Both the position numbers and the translations under genes were made by a program. The notes beneath the pieces were generated by a model. That model was not told the DNA's origin and ran no database searches. It worked only from the letters and a program-made list of their open reading frames with translations. From the NCBI GenBank assembly GCA_963716475.1, contig OY970314.1, positions 787,865 to 851,864 of the forward strand: DNA of 64,000 nt, in the 5' to 3' direction. The DNA comes from Candidatus Woesebacteria bacterium (GTDB taxonomy: Bacteria; Patescibacteriota; Microgenomatia; UBA8517). Of this stretch, positions 9,189 to 18,913 are shown one piece after another. Position 1 is the stretch's first letter. Every line of letters starts with the position of its first letter.

Positions 9189-10714
9189 TACACTGTGTAT
9201 GGACCACTTCTCAAAATCTTGGTAAATCTTGAGTCATTTTTGCCTATAGAATAATCAATCAGGTAATATCCAGTAGAATCTGAATTTTTATCGATATCTC
9301 TATTGATTTCGTAAACGTTTACAACTACATACCAGGCCGCCCAATCCAAAGCAAAGTTTTTAGGGTTCGTCTCATCACTACTTACGACAAACCTATTAAA
9401 TCCTTTTGAGCCAGAATCTTTGATAATAAAATCAATAGAGTTTTTAAGAAAATTATATTGAGTATCAGAATAAGTGCTCAGATGGCCGTTTGTAAAATTA
9501 TAGTTTTTGATAAAAATCTCATATCTGAAAACAAACACCGCCCAAAACACGGCAACTAGAATAGGTAGGGCTATAAATATCCTACCCTTTAGAATTGTTG
9601 AAATGTCGTTGGCAAAGATTCCCCATAGCAAAGCAAATGATGGCAAACTTATTAAAAAATATCTTGGTATCGGGGGAACGTTAGGTAACCTAACCAAAAC
9701 AAGAAAAAAGAGGGGGGAAATTGCCCAAAGAAAAATTGTTGCCCGTAGCATCTTTTTCTCTTTGCGTATAAATATTGCCAAGAAACTATAGACCAATACC
9801 AAAAAGTTCAAGAAAATAATTGGTAACCGAAAACTTGTTAACAACGCATTATCTTTCTCAAAATCGGTGTTTCCATATCCCAACTGGTACTCAAAACTAT
9901 TTCCAGACAACACCGATATCAAACCTATAGAAATAGTCTTAATTCTTGAAAAATAATCATCCCTTCCTTCAACCAGTTGGGTTTTAATGTTTTCATTATC
10001 ATTGAGTAGATAATTCTGAAGATTAAAGTTGTAAAAATATGGAACTGTTAATAACAGCGATGTGACTATACCAATAATCAAATATCTATTGATGAGCTTA
10101 AATTTGATAGATGCAAATAGAGAGACCGCACTAATCAAAACAAACGAAATCGAATGAACGTAAAGTTCAACCAAAAAAACCCAAGAAAAAATTGTCAATG
10201 CCAACCAAAATGAGTTGGGTTTTCGAAGAGTCATAAAAAACAACACCATAGAGATAGCAATAAGTGAGACGACTGCGGTCGGCTGATATATCATTCTGGA
10301 AAAAATGTACCACCAGGGGTGTGTGGCAAGCAGTAAACCTGCCACCAAACCTGCCACCTTAGAAAAATATTTTTGGCCTAGATATATTACAAGAACTACG
10401 CTAACCAAATTGAAAATTGCAATCATGTTTGACACTAAGAGAGGGTTTCTGCTTACAAGAAAGAATGGAGCATAAAAAAAGAACAGTGAAGGTCCCCAAG
10501 AAATGTTCCCCCAAGGACTTTTTTCGGCAAATTTTTGTGTATCAATTAATTTCCCATTATCTATATATTGGATAATCCTTGTAGCCAATCTCGGTTGGTC
10601 ATAACCAAACTCAATAGTGTCAAAATGTGACAATCTTAAAAATAGATAAATTGCACAAATTACCGTCGCTACAAAAAAGAACAAGTACTTTGTTACTGAA
10701 GATTTTTGAACCAT
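9170..10714 (-). CDS. ArnT/PMT_2-like GT-C glycosyltransferase
   Basis: FGYDQPR, WGP, FSRMIYQP, PRYF motifs; multi-TM. Confidence 0.7.
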   Translation of the reverse strand: MVQKSSVTKYLFFFVATVICAIYLFLRLSHFDTIEFGYDQPRLATRIIQYIDNGKLIDTQKFAEKSPWGNISWGPSLFFFYAPFFLVSRNPLLVSNMIAIFNLVSVVLVIYLGQKYFSKVAGLVAGLLLATHPWWYIFSRMIYQPTAVVSLIAISMVLFFMTLRKPNSFWLALTIFSWVFLVELYVHSISFVLISAVSLFASIKFKLINRYLIIGIVTSLLLTVPYFYNFNLQNYLLNDNENIKTQLVEGRDDYFSRIKTISIGLISVLSGNSFEYQLGYGNTDFEKDNALLTSFRLPIIFLNFLVLVYSFLAIFIRKEKKMLRATIFLWAISPLFFLVLVRLPNVPPIPRYFLISLPSFALLWGIFANDISTILKGRIFIALPILVAVFWAVFVFRYEIFIKNYNFTNGHLSTYSDTQYNFLKNSIDFIIKDSGSKGFNRFVVSSDETNPKNFALDWAAWYVVVNVYEINRDIDKNSDSTGYYLIDYSIGKNDSRFTKILRSGPYTVYQFTDR

Positions 10715-11775
10715 TTATTAATTTCTTCCCATTTTCCGTTACCTAGTTTGGGTATTAAAACATATTGTTTGTCATACGTTAGCGAAATGGGTGGGTTTGC
10801 AAGAAGATCTGTAGATAGAACCCTCGAATTCATATTATTTCTGGATCCGAGAGCAGCCTTTGCCAGTGCTCCGATGGCGGTTGGATCTAAATCTGTTTCG
10901 ACTGATGCTTTAACCGCCCTGAGAATTCTATAATCTTTAATCGGATTGATAACTGTACCAAAAGAAAGAACTCTTTTACTTATCGCCGAAATTATTTTTT
11001 GCTGTCTCGCCGACCTTGCAAAATCAGTATTTTCTCCGTTATCTCCTTCGCGCGACCTGGCAAATTCAAGCGCCGTCGCCCCACCCATATGGATTAAGCC
11101 CTGGTCAAAATGTATAGTTTTATAGCGGCAGGCGAACGTCAGGTCACCACCACAGGCATCATTTTCCCTGCCGGCAATTGGATACTTGGTATCCGTAAAA
11201 CTATTTTCGACAGAGACATCAATCCCTCCGATAGTATCTATAATATCCTGAAACCCGGAAAAATCGATTACCATAGCATAGTCAACCGGCTGCCCCGTAA
11301 CCTCGGATGCAACTTGCTTAGCAAAGTTTAGGCCTCCTCCACGCTCAGGCTGTAAATTACCCCAGTAGTAGGCACTATTTATCTTGGCTCTGATTTCCGG
11401 TATCCAGATATCTCTAGGAACTGAGACCAATGTTATCGAGTGGTTTATCAAAGAAATCGAAGCAAAAATCATAGTGTCTGTCAGATCTCCTCCTTCGTGT
11501 CCCTTTCCCCCTATCCCTAGAATTAATACATTTACTCTTCCGTTTTCGGATTTAACTGCCGTGGCGTTGGAAAAAAGAAAGCTTTTAACCACCTCCTGAT
11601 ACCCTGTCACACCTGCACTTTTAAAAATTGCGTTCGCTGCAACAAATGGAAGAAGCAGTACCAGAGCCACAACTAAGACGATCCCGAACCAAACCGACGA
11701 TTTATGCCGTCGAGGCAAATCATGCCGTTGGGACACCTCCTTCGGGGTGATAGAATTGATTTGTTCTTTTTCCAT
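10693..11775 (-). CDS. LytR-CpsA-Psr (LCP) family protein
   Basis: NVLILG, LTDTMI, SVPRDIW, KINSAY, FARSR, DFARSARQQ; one N-terminal TM; start at ATG 11775. Confidence 0.92.
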   Translation of the reverse strand: MEKEQINSITPKEVSQRHDLPRRHKSSVWFGIVLVVALVLLLPFVAANAIFKSAGVTGYQEVVKSFLFSNATAVKSENGRVNVLILGIGGKGHEGGDLTDTMIFASISLINHSITLVSVPRDIWIPEIRAKINSAYYWGNLQPERGGGLNFAKQVASEVTGQPVDYAMVIDFSGFQDIIDTIGGIDVSVENSFTDTKYPIAGRENDACGGDLTFACRYKTIHFDQGLIHMGGATALEFARSREGDNGENTDFARSARQQKIISAISKRVLSFGTVINPIKDYRILRAVKASVETDLDPTAIGALAKAALGSRNNMNSRVLSTDLLANPPISLTYDKQYVLIPKLGNGKWEEINKWFKNLQ

Positions 11776-11776
11776 T

Positions 11777-13624
11777 ATGTCTATTCTATCCGATCTTAAC
11801 CCCGAACAAAAGGCTGCCGTAACATATAACGGTGGGCCTCTTTTGGTTTTAGCAGGCGCCGGGTCCGGAAAAACCAAAGTATTGACCCACCGCGTGGCCT
11901 ATTTTATTGAGCAGGGCTTAATCAAATCTGAAAACGCCCTTCTTTTAACCTTCACCAATAAAGCCGCAAACGAGATGAAGGAAAGAATTTCGGGTCTTAC
12001 CAAGGGAAATACTCCAATGACCGGAACTTTCCATTCTTTCTGTGCCAAGGTGCTTAGGATCGACGGAAGACACATTGGGATCCCCGTAAATTTTATAATA
12101 TATGATGAACAGGATCAGAAGGACGCGGTAAAGCAAATTCTTGAAGGAGCGGATATATCAACCGACCAGTACAACCCGGCGTCAATCTTAAACGGCATAA
12201 GCGAAGCCAAAAATCAAATGCTGACCCCCGAGGAATATAAAGATTTCGTCCGGGGTGAATGGCAGGAGGTTGTCGCCAGGGTTTACCCTGAATATGAAAA
12301 AATGCTCAAAGAAATCGGAGCACTGGATTTTGACGACCTTTTAATTAAAACTGTCGAGCTTTTCAAAAAAGTGCCGGAGGTTTTGGAAAAATGGCAAAGA
12401 ACACTTACTCACATTTTTGTCGATGAATGGCAAGATACAAATAAAATCCAGTACACGCTGACAAAACTTTTGGTCGGCAAACGTAAAAACATTACTGCGG
12501 TCGGGGATGCTTCCCAATCTATATACTCATGGCGCGGCGCGGACTTTAGGAATATTAATTATCTGATCCGCGATTACCCTGATATAAAAGTGCTTAATTT
12601 GGAGCAAAACTACCGCTCAACCCAAAATATTCTCGACGCCGCTAACCTGGTCATTTCTAAAAACACCACTCATCCGATTTTGAAACTTTGGACTCAAAAA
12701 GCAGCCGGAGCAAAAATCAAACTTTATGCTGCCAGAAACGGTTTCGACGAAGCGGATTTTGTGGTCGATGAAATCAACTGTCTGGGAAAATATTCCGACG
12801 TCGCGGTTTTATACCGCACCAATGCTCAGTCACGGGTACTCGAAGAGGCACTTCTTCACGCCGGAATTCCCTATGTATTGGTGGGTGGAGTAAGGTTTTA
12901 CGACCGGAAAGAAATTAAGGACGTAGTTTCTTACATTAAATTTCTGGTTAACCCCAAGGATTCCGTTTCCAAAAAAAGAATCGAAAAAATCGGCCTCAGG
13001 CGCTTTGAAAAATTGAAGGAAATGGCCTCGATCGATGGAATGACAACTCTTGATATTTTGGATGCCGTCATTCAAAAAACCGATTATCTGGCTCTTTTCC
13101 AAAAAGAATCCGAGGAAAACCTGGCCCGGCTGGAAAACCTGAAAGAACTAAGGTCTGTTGCAACGGAATTTCCCAACATTAATGATTTTTTGGAAAATGT
13201 AGCCTTGGTTGAAGCTGGTCCCAGAAATAAAACCAAAAATGCGGTAACACTCATGACCCTCCACGCCGCCAAGGGCCTTGAATTCCCGATTGTTTTTATT
13301 GTCGGAATGGAAGAAGGACTCTTTCCCCATTCCCGATCCTTAATGGATACAAATCAACTGGAAGAGGAGAGACGTCTTGCTTACGTTGGAATAACTCGGG
13401 CCAAAGAAATAATTTATCTAACTTACGCAAGTTCCCGTCTTTATTTCGGGGAAAGAATAAGTAACCCCCCCAGCCGGTTCATAATGGATATCCCCGAGAA
13501 CCTCATCGAAAATCTCGGATCAAATAGTTTTTCGAAACCGGATGGTCTAAAATTGGATTCAGCTGATGATATTAAAGGAACTTTCGACGATATCATTGAA
13601 AAATACCTGGAACATGATAACTAA
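11777..13624 (+). CDS. pcrA: UvrD/PcrA SF1 DNA helicase (short form)
   Basis: LNPEQ, AGAGSGKT, DEWQD, GDASQSIYSWRGA, LEQNYRS, TLHAAKGLEF, EERRLAYVGITRA. Confidence 0.93.
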   Translation: MSILSDLNPEQKAAVTYNGGPLLVLAGAGSGKTKVLTHRVAYFIEQGLIKSENALLLTFTNKAANEMKERISGLTKGNTPMTGTFHSFCAKVLRIDGRHIGIPVNFIIYDEQDQKDAVKQILEGADISTDQYNPASILNGISEAKNQMLTPEEYKDFVRGEWQEVVARVYPEYEKMLKEIGALDFDDLLIKTVELFKKVPEVLEKWQRTLTHIFVDEWQDTNKIQYTLTKLLVGKRKNITAVGDASQSIYSWRGADFRNINYLIRDYPDIKVLNLEQNYRSTQNILDAANLVISKNTTHPILKLWTQKAAGAKIKLYAARNGFDEADFVVDEINCLGKYSDVAVLYRTNAQSRVLEEALLHAGIPYVLVGGVRFYDRKEIKDVVSYIKFLVNPKDSVSKKRIEKIGLRRFEKLKEMASIDGMTTLDILDAVIQKTDYLALFQKESEENLARLENLKELRSVATEFPNINDFLENVALVEAGPRNKTKNAVTLMTLHAAKGLEFPIVFIVGMEEGLFPHSRSLMDTNQLEEERRLAYVGITRAKEIIYLTYASSRLYFGERISNPPSRFIMDIPENLIENLGSNSFSKPDGLKLDSADDIKGTFDDIIEKYLEHDN

Positions 13625-14564
13625 TAATTTGGACAGGATTTCCACACACCCTCTGCAAACCTCTGCATGGGCAGAGTTTAGACGAAGGTGGGGAAACGAA
13701 GTTCTCGAGACAAAATACGGAGTTCTAACTCTACACAAACTCCCCTTCACCAATTACAAAATTGCGATGTTTGAAAAGGGGCCGATTCCGACAAAAGCAA
13801 TGCTCGAGGACCTGAGAAAAATCGGAAAAGAAAATGATTTAGTCTTCATTAAGCTGGAGCCAAATTGCATCAAATCCGATGAATTATCCAAATTGGTCCA
13901 ATCGGAAGGTGCCATTGCCGGTCATAGGCTATTTACTCCAACAACTTTCTGGATCGATTTAACCCCAAGCGAAGAGGAATTGATGAAAAGTTTCTCCGGT
14001 AAGACCCGGTATAACATCCGCCTGGCCCAAAAGAAGGGTGTCATTGTTAAAGAAGACAATTCAGATAAGGCTTTTGATAAATATTTAGAATTAACCCGCG
14101 AAACAATCACCCGTCAGGGATTTTACGCACACACTGAAAAATATCACCGCCTGATGTGGAACGCCCTCAAAAAAGCCGGAATTGCACATCTCATGACAGC
14201 CACATATCAGGGTGAAATCATAACCACCTGGATAGTTTTTGCTTGGAAAAATTTTCTTTATTACCCGTACGGTGCCTCAACCGAAAAACACAAAGAAGTT
14301 ATGGCCAATAATTTGATTATGTGGGAGGCAATAAAATTCGGTAAAAAACTGGGGCTTGCCACATTCGATCTTTGGGGGAGAGAAGAGGGCAAAGGTTTTA
14401 CAAGATTCAAGGAAGGTTATAACCCCAAAGTAATTGAATTTTTGGGAACCTGGGACCTTGTAATTAATAAGCCGCTCTATGTACTCTACAAATTGGCGGA
14501 GTGGATCCGCTGGCCGACTCTCAAAATCGCCGCCACATTTGGTCTTTCCAAACACAGATTTTAA
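13614..14564 (+). CDS. FemABX family peptidoglycan bridge aminoacyltransferase
   Basis: HPLQT..WAEF, KTRYNIRLA, YYPYGAS, GFTRFKEGY. Confidence 0.88.
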   Translation: MITNNLDRISTHPLQTSAWAEFRRRWGNEVLETKYGVLTLHKLPFTNYKIAMFEKGPIPTKAMLEDLRKIGKENDLVFIKLEPNCIKSDELSKLVQSEGAIAGHRLFTPTTFWIDLTPSEEELMKSFSGKTRYNIRLAQKKGVIVKEDNSDKAFDKYLELTRETITRQGFYAHTEKYHRLMWNALKKAGIAHLMTATYQGEIITTWIVFAWKNFLYYPYGASTEKHKEVMANNLIMWEAIKFGKKLGLATFDLWGREEGKGFTRFKEGYNPKVIEFLGTWDLVINKPLYVLYKLAEWIRWPTLKIAATFGLSKHRF

Positions 14565-14565
14565 A

Positions 14566-15420
14566 ATGGTAGATATTCGCCAATCTATTCACTATGCCAA
14601 TTATCTTAAGCGTGAAGGATGGATTGTCGAGAGAATCGGAGAGATTAACTACTTCATCAGAAAATTTCCATTGGCGGGTTCATTACTAAAAATACAAAGG
14701 CCTGAAGAAATCAACTACGACATAATTAACAAATTATACCGAAAATACCGCGTTTTTCAGGTTGTTCTCGAACCAAAACTAGCCTCCGTCATCAGCACCA
14801 CCGATAGTCATAATCCAATACTACAACACGGGTTTAAATTGTCAAAAAATCCTTATTTACCCTCAAAAACACTCCAAATTGACCTGACTCAGACACAAAA
14901 AGATATTTTTGAGCATTTTAAGAAGGATGCCCGATACGCGGTCAAGAGGGGAGAGGCCACAAATACTAAATCCTACTCGACCCCCGATGAAATTAGAAAG
15001 TGGCGCGAGGCGTGGAAAAAATCCGTTAAATATAATCGTTATGTACCGTCTGCCGAACAATTAATTAATTTACGCAAAAGTTTTCCCAGTAGTTACTCCC
15101 TTTTCCTTGCGTCGCACAATATATCTGGCAGAATTATAGGTGGAGTGCTTTTCACGCGATCTTTACACGATTTTGCTTACTACTGGTACGGATTTACAAA
15201 TGACGAGGGTCGTACTTCCCTCTCCCAGTACTCACTCCTCTATCAAGGAATACTATGGGCTAAAAAACTGGGCTGTAAGATTTTTGATTTCGAAGGAGTT
15301 TATGATCCCCGCTTCCCCAATAAGAGCTGGCTCGGTTTTTCCCATTTCAAGAAAAGTTTCGGTGGTTATGAAGTTCTCTATCCCGGCTGCTATACTAAGT
15401 TTATATTCCCTTTTATATGA
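14566..15420 (+). CDS. Second FemABX family protein
   Basis: DIRQS, IDLTQ, FDFEG, GFSHFKKSFGG. Confidence 0.8.
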   Translation: MVDIRQSIHYANYLKREGWIVERIGEINYFIRKFPLAGSLLKIQRPEEINYDIINKLYRKYRVFQVVLEPKLASVISTTDSHNPILQHGFKLSKNPYLPSKTLQIDLTQTQKDIFEHFKKDARYAVKRGEATNTKSYSTPDEIRKWREAWKKSVKYNRYVPSAEQLINLRKSFPSSYSLFLASHNISGRIIGGVLFTRSLHDFAYYWYGFTNDEGRTSLSQYSLLYQGILWAKKLGCKIFDFEGVYDPRFPNKSWLGFSHFKKSFGGYEVLYPGCYTKFIFPFI

Positions 15421-15701
15421 ATCTTGCCAAATATTTATCCCTCGGGATAATTTTTACATTGCTCGGTTATGCTATCGGTTATAAACTAGCTTCAACTCTG
15501 TTTAATCTGGAAAATAAAATCAAAAAAATGGTAAATATAAAAAGATTCCACGTCCATCACGATTTTTTTGGACTGTTTCTAATCCTCACTGCCACATTTT
15601 TAGCTAACTTATTTTGGCAGATTGCGGTGGCTGGAATAGGATTTGGTTTATTTATCCATCACACGACAACTGAGGGATTTAAGTTTATTACGAAAAATTA
15701 A
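15417..15701 (+). CDS. Small membrane protein
   Basis: Three hydrophobic segments; HVHH motif; start and stop overlap neighbours. Confidence 0.65.
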   Translation: MNLAKYLSLGIIFTLLGYAIGYKLASTLFNLENKIKKMVNIKRFHVHHDFFGLFLILTATFLANLFWQIAVAGIGFGLFIHHTTTEGFKFITKN

Positions 15702-16027
15702 TGAAGGCGATTTCCCTTAAGCAACCCTGGGCTAATCTGGTGGCGTCAGGCAAGAAAACTATTGAAACCAGAAAGTGGTCCACGAGTTATCGCGGCGATC
15801 TGGTAATTTGTTCCTCGCAAAATCCAAAAATTGAACCTTACGGCAAAGCACTTTGTATTGTAGAGCTTTATGACATTGGGCCGATGGAAAAGAAACACGA
15901 AAAAAATGCCTGCATTAAAGTTTATCCCAAGGCTAAGTCTTGGTTTCTGAGAAACTTGCGCCAGGTAAACCCCCCAGTTCCTGTCAAAGGAAACTTGGGG
16001 ATATTTGACTTGAAGTTACCCCTCTGA
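15701..16027 (+). CDS. ASCH domain protein
   Basis: SLKQPWANLVASGKKTIETRKW..YRG signature; KGNLGIF. Confidence 0.88.
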   Translation: MKAISLKQPWANLVASGKKTIETRKWSTSYRGDLVICSSQNPKIEPYGKALCIVELYDIGPMEKKHEKNACIKVYPKAKSWFLRNLRQVNPPVPVKGNLGIFDLKLPL

Positions 16028-18913
16028 TTTACAAAACAGCGAGAACTCGCAACCCATTTGGCAGAACATATGATTGCTGCATTTAAAGTCGGATTTTTCT
16101 ATTTCGTCCCGAACTTTGATAATTTCGGTAACCGCGTCCTCCAACTGTTTCGAGGTTCTGGTTGTAGAAATTTTTTCCTGTTCGTCCAGATAATATAAAG
16201 AAAGCTTTACTTTTTCCGGAGCTTTTCCAAAAGGTGTTGTCGGAATCTTTGTTGCAGCAAGTGCGTAGAAAGAAAGCTGTAAGTTTATATCAACCTCTCT
16301 TTGGGTTGGAATTGTTGCGCCGGTTTTGTAGTCGATAATTTCTATTTCACCGTCGCCCAAATCGTCAACCCTGTCCACTCTTCCCCCAATCTTAAGATCT
16401 TTGCCAATAGGAACAGTGAACGGTTGTTCCAATGCAACCGGTAATATTTTGGGGTTAAATCCGTATTTTAGAAAACCCGCCAGATAATCTTTGCCCTTTT
16501 GCAAAAAATCCGATTCGTGTTTTTTGCCTTTATAACCTTCCCGGACCCAATTTTTATCGAGCAGACCAAACATTAATGACTCCGTTGGTTTTGATCCGGA
16601 AGCAACTTCCTCATAAAAACCTTTCAGGGTGGCATGGATTGCGGTTCCAAAACTTGCAGAGCCAGATGGCGGAGTCGGAACTTTATAAATATAACGTAGT
16701 TTGTAATGCAACGGACAAGTTTGGAAAGTTTCGATCTGGGAATAGGATAAATAATCAATATGCAAAGGTTCGCTTTCCGCCGTCTTGGTAGCTTTTATCG
16801 GTTTGTATTCAAGAAAAGACAATTGGTCAACTTTGGGCAACATTTTCTCGCTTGACACGGCTTTATCTCCCAAGGATTCGAAAATAAACGGCGAAAGTTT
16901 TTTCTCACGCCTTCCTTCTCCATAATAATCAGCAGCAGTCAAAATCAATTTTTCTTTTGCTCTGGTCATTCCCACATAAAATAGCCGGCGCTCTTCTTCA
17001 AGGTGATAATCCCCCACCGGCAAAATTTCTTTGATGAGGGCATCCGGAATCGGGATTTGCTCCCGCCTTTCCATCGTCGGAAATCTTTGCCCGACCAAGT
17101 TAACAATAAAAACCACCGGGAACTCCAATCCCTTGGCGGAATGCACAGTCAAAATATTAACGGCGTTGATCTCTGTCCAATCTTCATTTGTTGCCAACGG
17201 GGATTCCCCAAGCTCCATTGAAAGATCCAGCCAATCGGTAACCGCCGAGACAGTAGCATCCTCATGATCAACCTCATAAGTTTTAAGTTTATCGAAAAAT
17301 TTGGAGATATTTTTAGCCTCATTTTCCGCTTCTACGGACTCCGGAGATAAAAGTTTTTGAAGAAGTCCCGTCTCCTCCAGGAAATAATATAGCAGTTGCC
17401 CCGCTGTCTCCTTTTTGACCATATTAAGGTGTTTTCCGATTATTCCGAGTAATTTATGTACCGTTTCTTTTGCCTTTTGGGTTACAAAAATGTCATCAAT
17501 TTTTTCCGCAGATTCGAATAAACTCAGATTATATTTTCTCGCATAGTTTCCAATCGCCGCTAAGTCGCGCCCAGGGATATCAAAATAATCAATAGAAAGG
17601 ATTCTATAAAACGCGACCGAATCGGAAAAATCGTAAAGGACTTTAAGATATGAAATAAGATCAACTATTTCGGGTTGTTTGAAAAGTCTACCCGGACCCA
17701 AAAATTGATAAGGAATGCCGTTTCGCCCCAGAGCTCTCCCGATCGGTTCGGAATGATTATTGGCCCGAACAAGGATTGCAAAATCTTTATATGCATACTT
17801 GTCCTGAGCAATTAGTCGAAGGATTTCCTTGGCAATCCGGTCGGATTCATTTTCGACTCGATCCGAGTGGATAAAACTTATTTCGGTTCCGTCTTTGGAT
17901 GTTTGCGACTTCAACCTCTTGTCGATTTTCTCAACAACTTCCAACCGGTCCGGATTATTAAATTGAATAAGGTCGTAGCTCCTGTCCAAAATTTCCTGTG
18001 TACTTCTGTAGTTTTTTGTCAAAACTATAACTTTAGTTTTAGGAAAATTTTTTCTGAACTGAATAATATTACTTACCGCAGCGCCTCTAAACCTGTAAAT
18101 TGATTGGTCGTCATCCCCTACTACATTTATATTTCCTGTTTTTCCCACAAGAAGTTTGGTTAATTCGTTTTGGGCATAGTTTGTATCCTGAAACTCATCG
18201 ACAAGAAGATTTTTAAATTGTTTTTGATATTCTTTCAAAATATTAGGACGGTCTCTGAAAAGTTTAAGGGTCTTAACGATTAAATCCCCAAAATCCATTA
18301 AGCCTTCTTTCACTTTTATCTCGTCGTAAGCCTTATAAGCCTTGGAAAGTTCATGCCATTTTTCAATTTCAATTTTTTCTTCGTCTACTACCGCTTTTTG
18401 TTTTTTAACCCATTCCACATAATCATTTGGAGAAACGTCCTCATCCTGGAGACGAGAGAAATGCTGCAACATTCCGCTTAAAAATTTGGTCGGATTTCCC
18501 AGAGGACGGAAATAATTGAGTTCCAGTTTAAAAATATTGTTTCTTAAGAGTTGAATCGCCTCTGCTTCCGTCATTAATTTATATCTGGGGTCAAGCCCAA
18601 TATGAAGCGCCTCGCGTCGAAGTATCCGGTCGCAGAAGGAATGGAAGGTCATAATCCACATTTGCGTGTAACCGTAAGGCATAGCTACATCCACCCTCTC
18701 CTCCATTTCTCTTGCAGCTTTCTCGGTAAAAGTTAAGGCCAAGATTTCCGAGGGTTTTACCTTTTTGGATAGAATCAAATACTTAATCCTCTCGGTGATA
18801 ACTGTCGTCTTTCCTGTACCAGCTCCTGCGATAATAAGAAGCGGGCCGTTGCCAAATTTAATCGCATCCAATTGCTCTCTATTTAATTTAAGGTTTGAAG
18901 TTTTATCTATCAT
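16016..18913 (-). CDS. UvrD-like helicase fused to C-terminal PD-(D/E)xK nuclease (AdnA/AdnB, AddA-like)
   Basis: AGAGTGKT, DEFQD, TVHSAKGLEF, YVGMTRA; then LSYSQ..CP, GRVDRVD, IIDYKTG, QLSFY and terminal Cys cluster. Confidence 0.9.
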   Translation of the reverse strand: MIDKTSNLKLNREQLDAIKFGNGPLLIIAGAGTGKTTVITERIKYLILSKKVKPSEILALTFTEKAAREMEERVDVAMPYGYTQMWIMTFHSFCDRILRREALHIGLDPRYKLMTEAEAIQLLRNNIFKLELNYFRPLGNPTKFLSGMLQHFSRLQDEDVSPNDYVEWVKKQKAVVDEEKIEIEKWHELSKAYKAYDEIKVKEGLMDFGDLIVKTLKLFRDRPNILKEYQKQFKNLLVDEFQDTNYAQNELTKLLVGKTGNINVVGDDDQSIYRFRGAAVSNIIQFRKNFPKTKVIVLTKNYRSTQEILDRSYDLIQFNNPDRLEVVEKIDKRLKSQTSKDGTEISFIHSDRVENESDRIAKEILRLIAQDKYAYKDFAILVRANNHSEPIGRALGRNGIPYQFLGPGRLFKQPEIVDLISYLKVLYDFSDSVAFYRILSIDYFDIPGRDLAAIGNYARKYNLSLFESAEKIDDIFVTQKAKETVHKLLGIIGKHLNMVKKETAGQLLYYFLEETGLLQKLLSPESVEAENEAKNISKFFDKLKTYEVDHEDATVSAVTDWLDLSMELGESPLATNEDWTEINAVNILTVHSAKGLEFPVVFIVNLVGQRFPTMERREQIPIPDALIKEILPVGDYHLEEERRLFYVGMTRAKEKLILTAADYYGEGRREKKLSPFIFESLGDKAVSSEKMLPKVDQLSFLEYKPIKATKTAESEPLHIDYLSYSQIETFQTCPLHYKLRYIYKVPTPPSGSASFGTAIHATLKGFYEEVASGSKPTESLMFGLLDKNWVREGYKGKKHESDFLQKGKDYLAGFLKYGFNPKILPVALEQPFTVPIGKDLKIGGRVDRVDDLGDGEIEIIDYKTGATIPTQREVDINLQLSFYALAATKIPTTPFGKAPEKVKLSLYYLDEQEKISTTRTSKQLEDAVTEIIKVRDEIEKSDFKCSNHMFCQMGCEFSLFCKSEG

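Noticed and set aside
16016-16760. Cas4-like nuclease as a sign of CRISPR-Cas
   Set aside because: It is the C-terminal domain of a UvrD-like repair helicase; no array or cas1.
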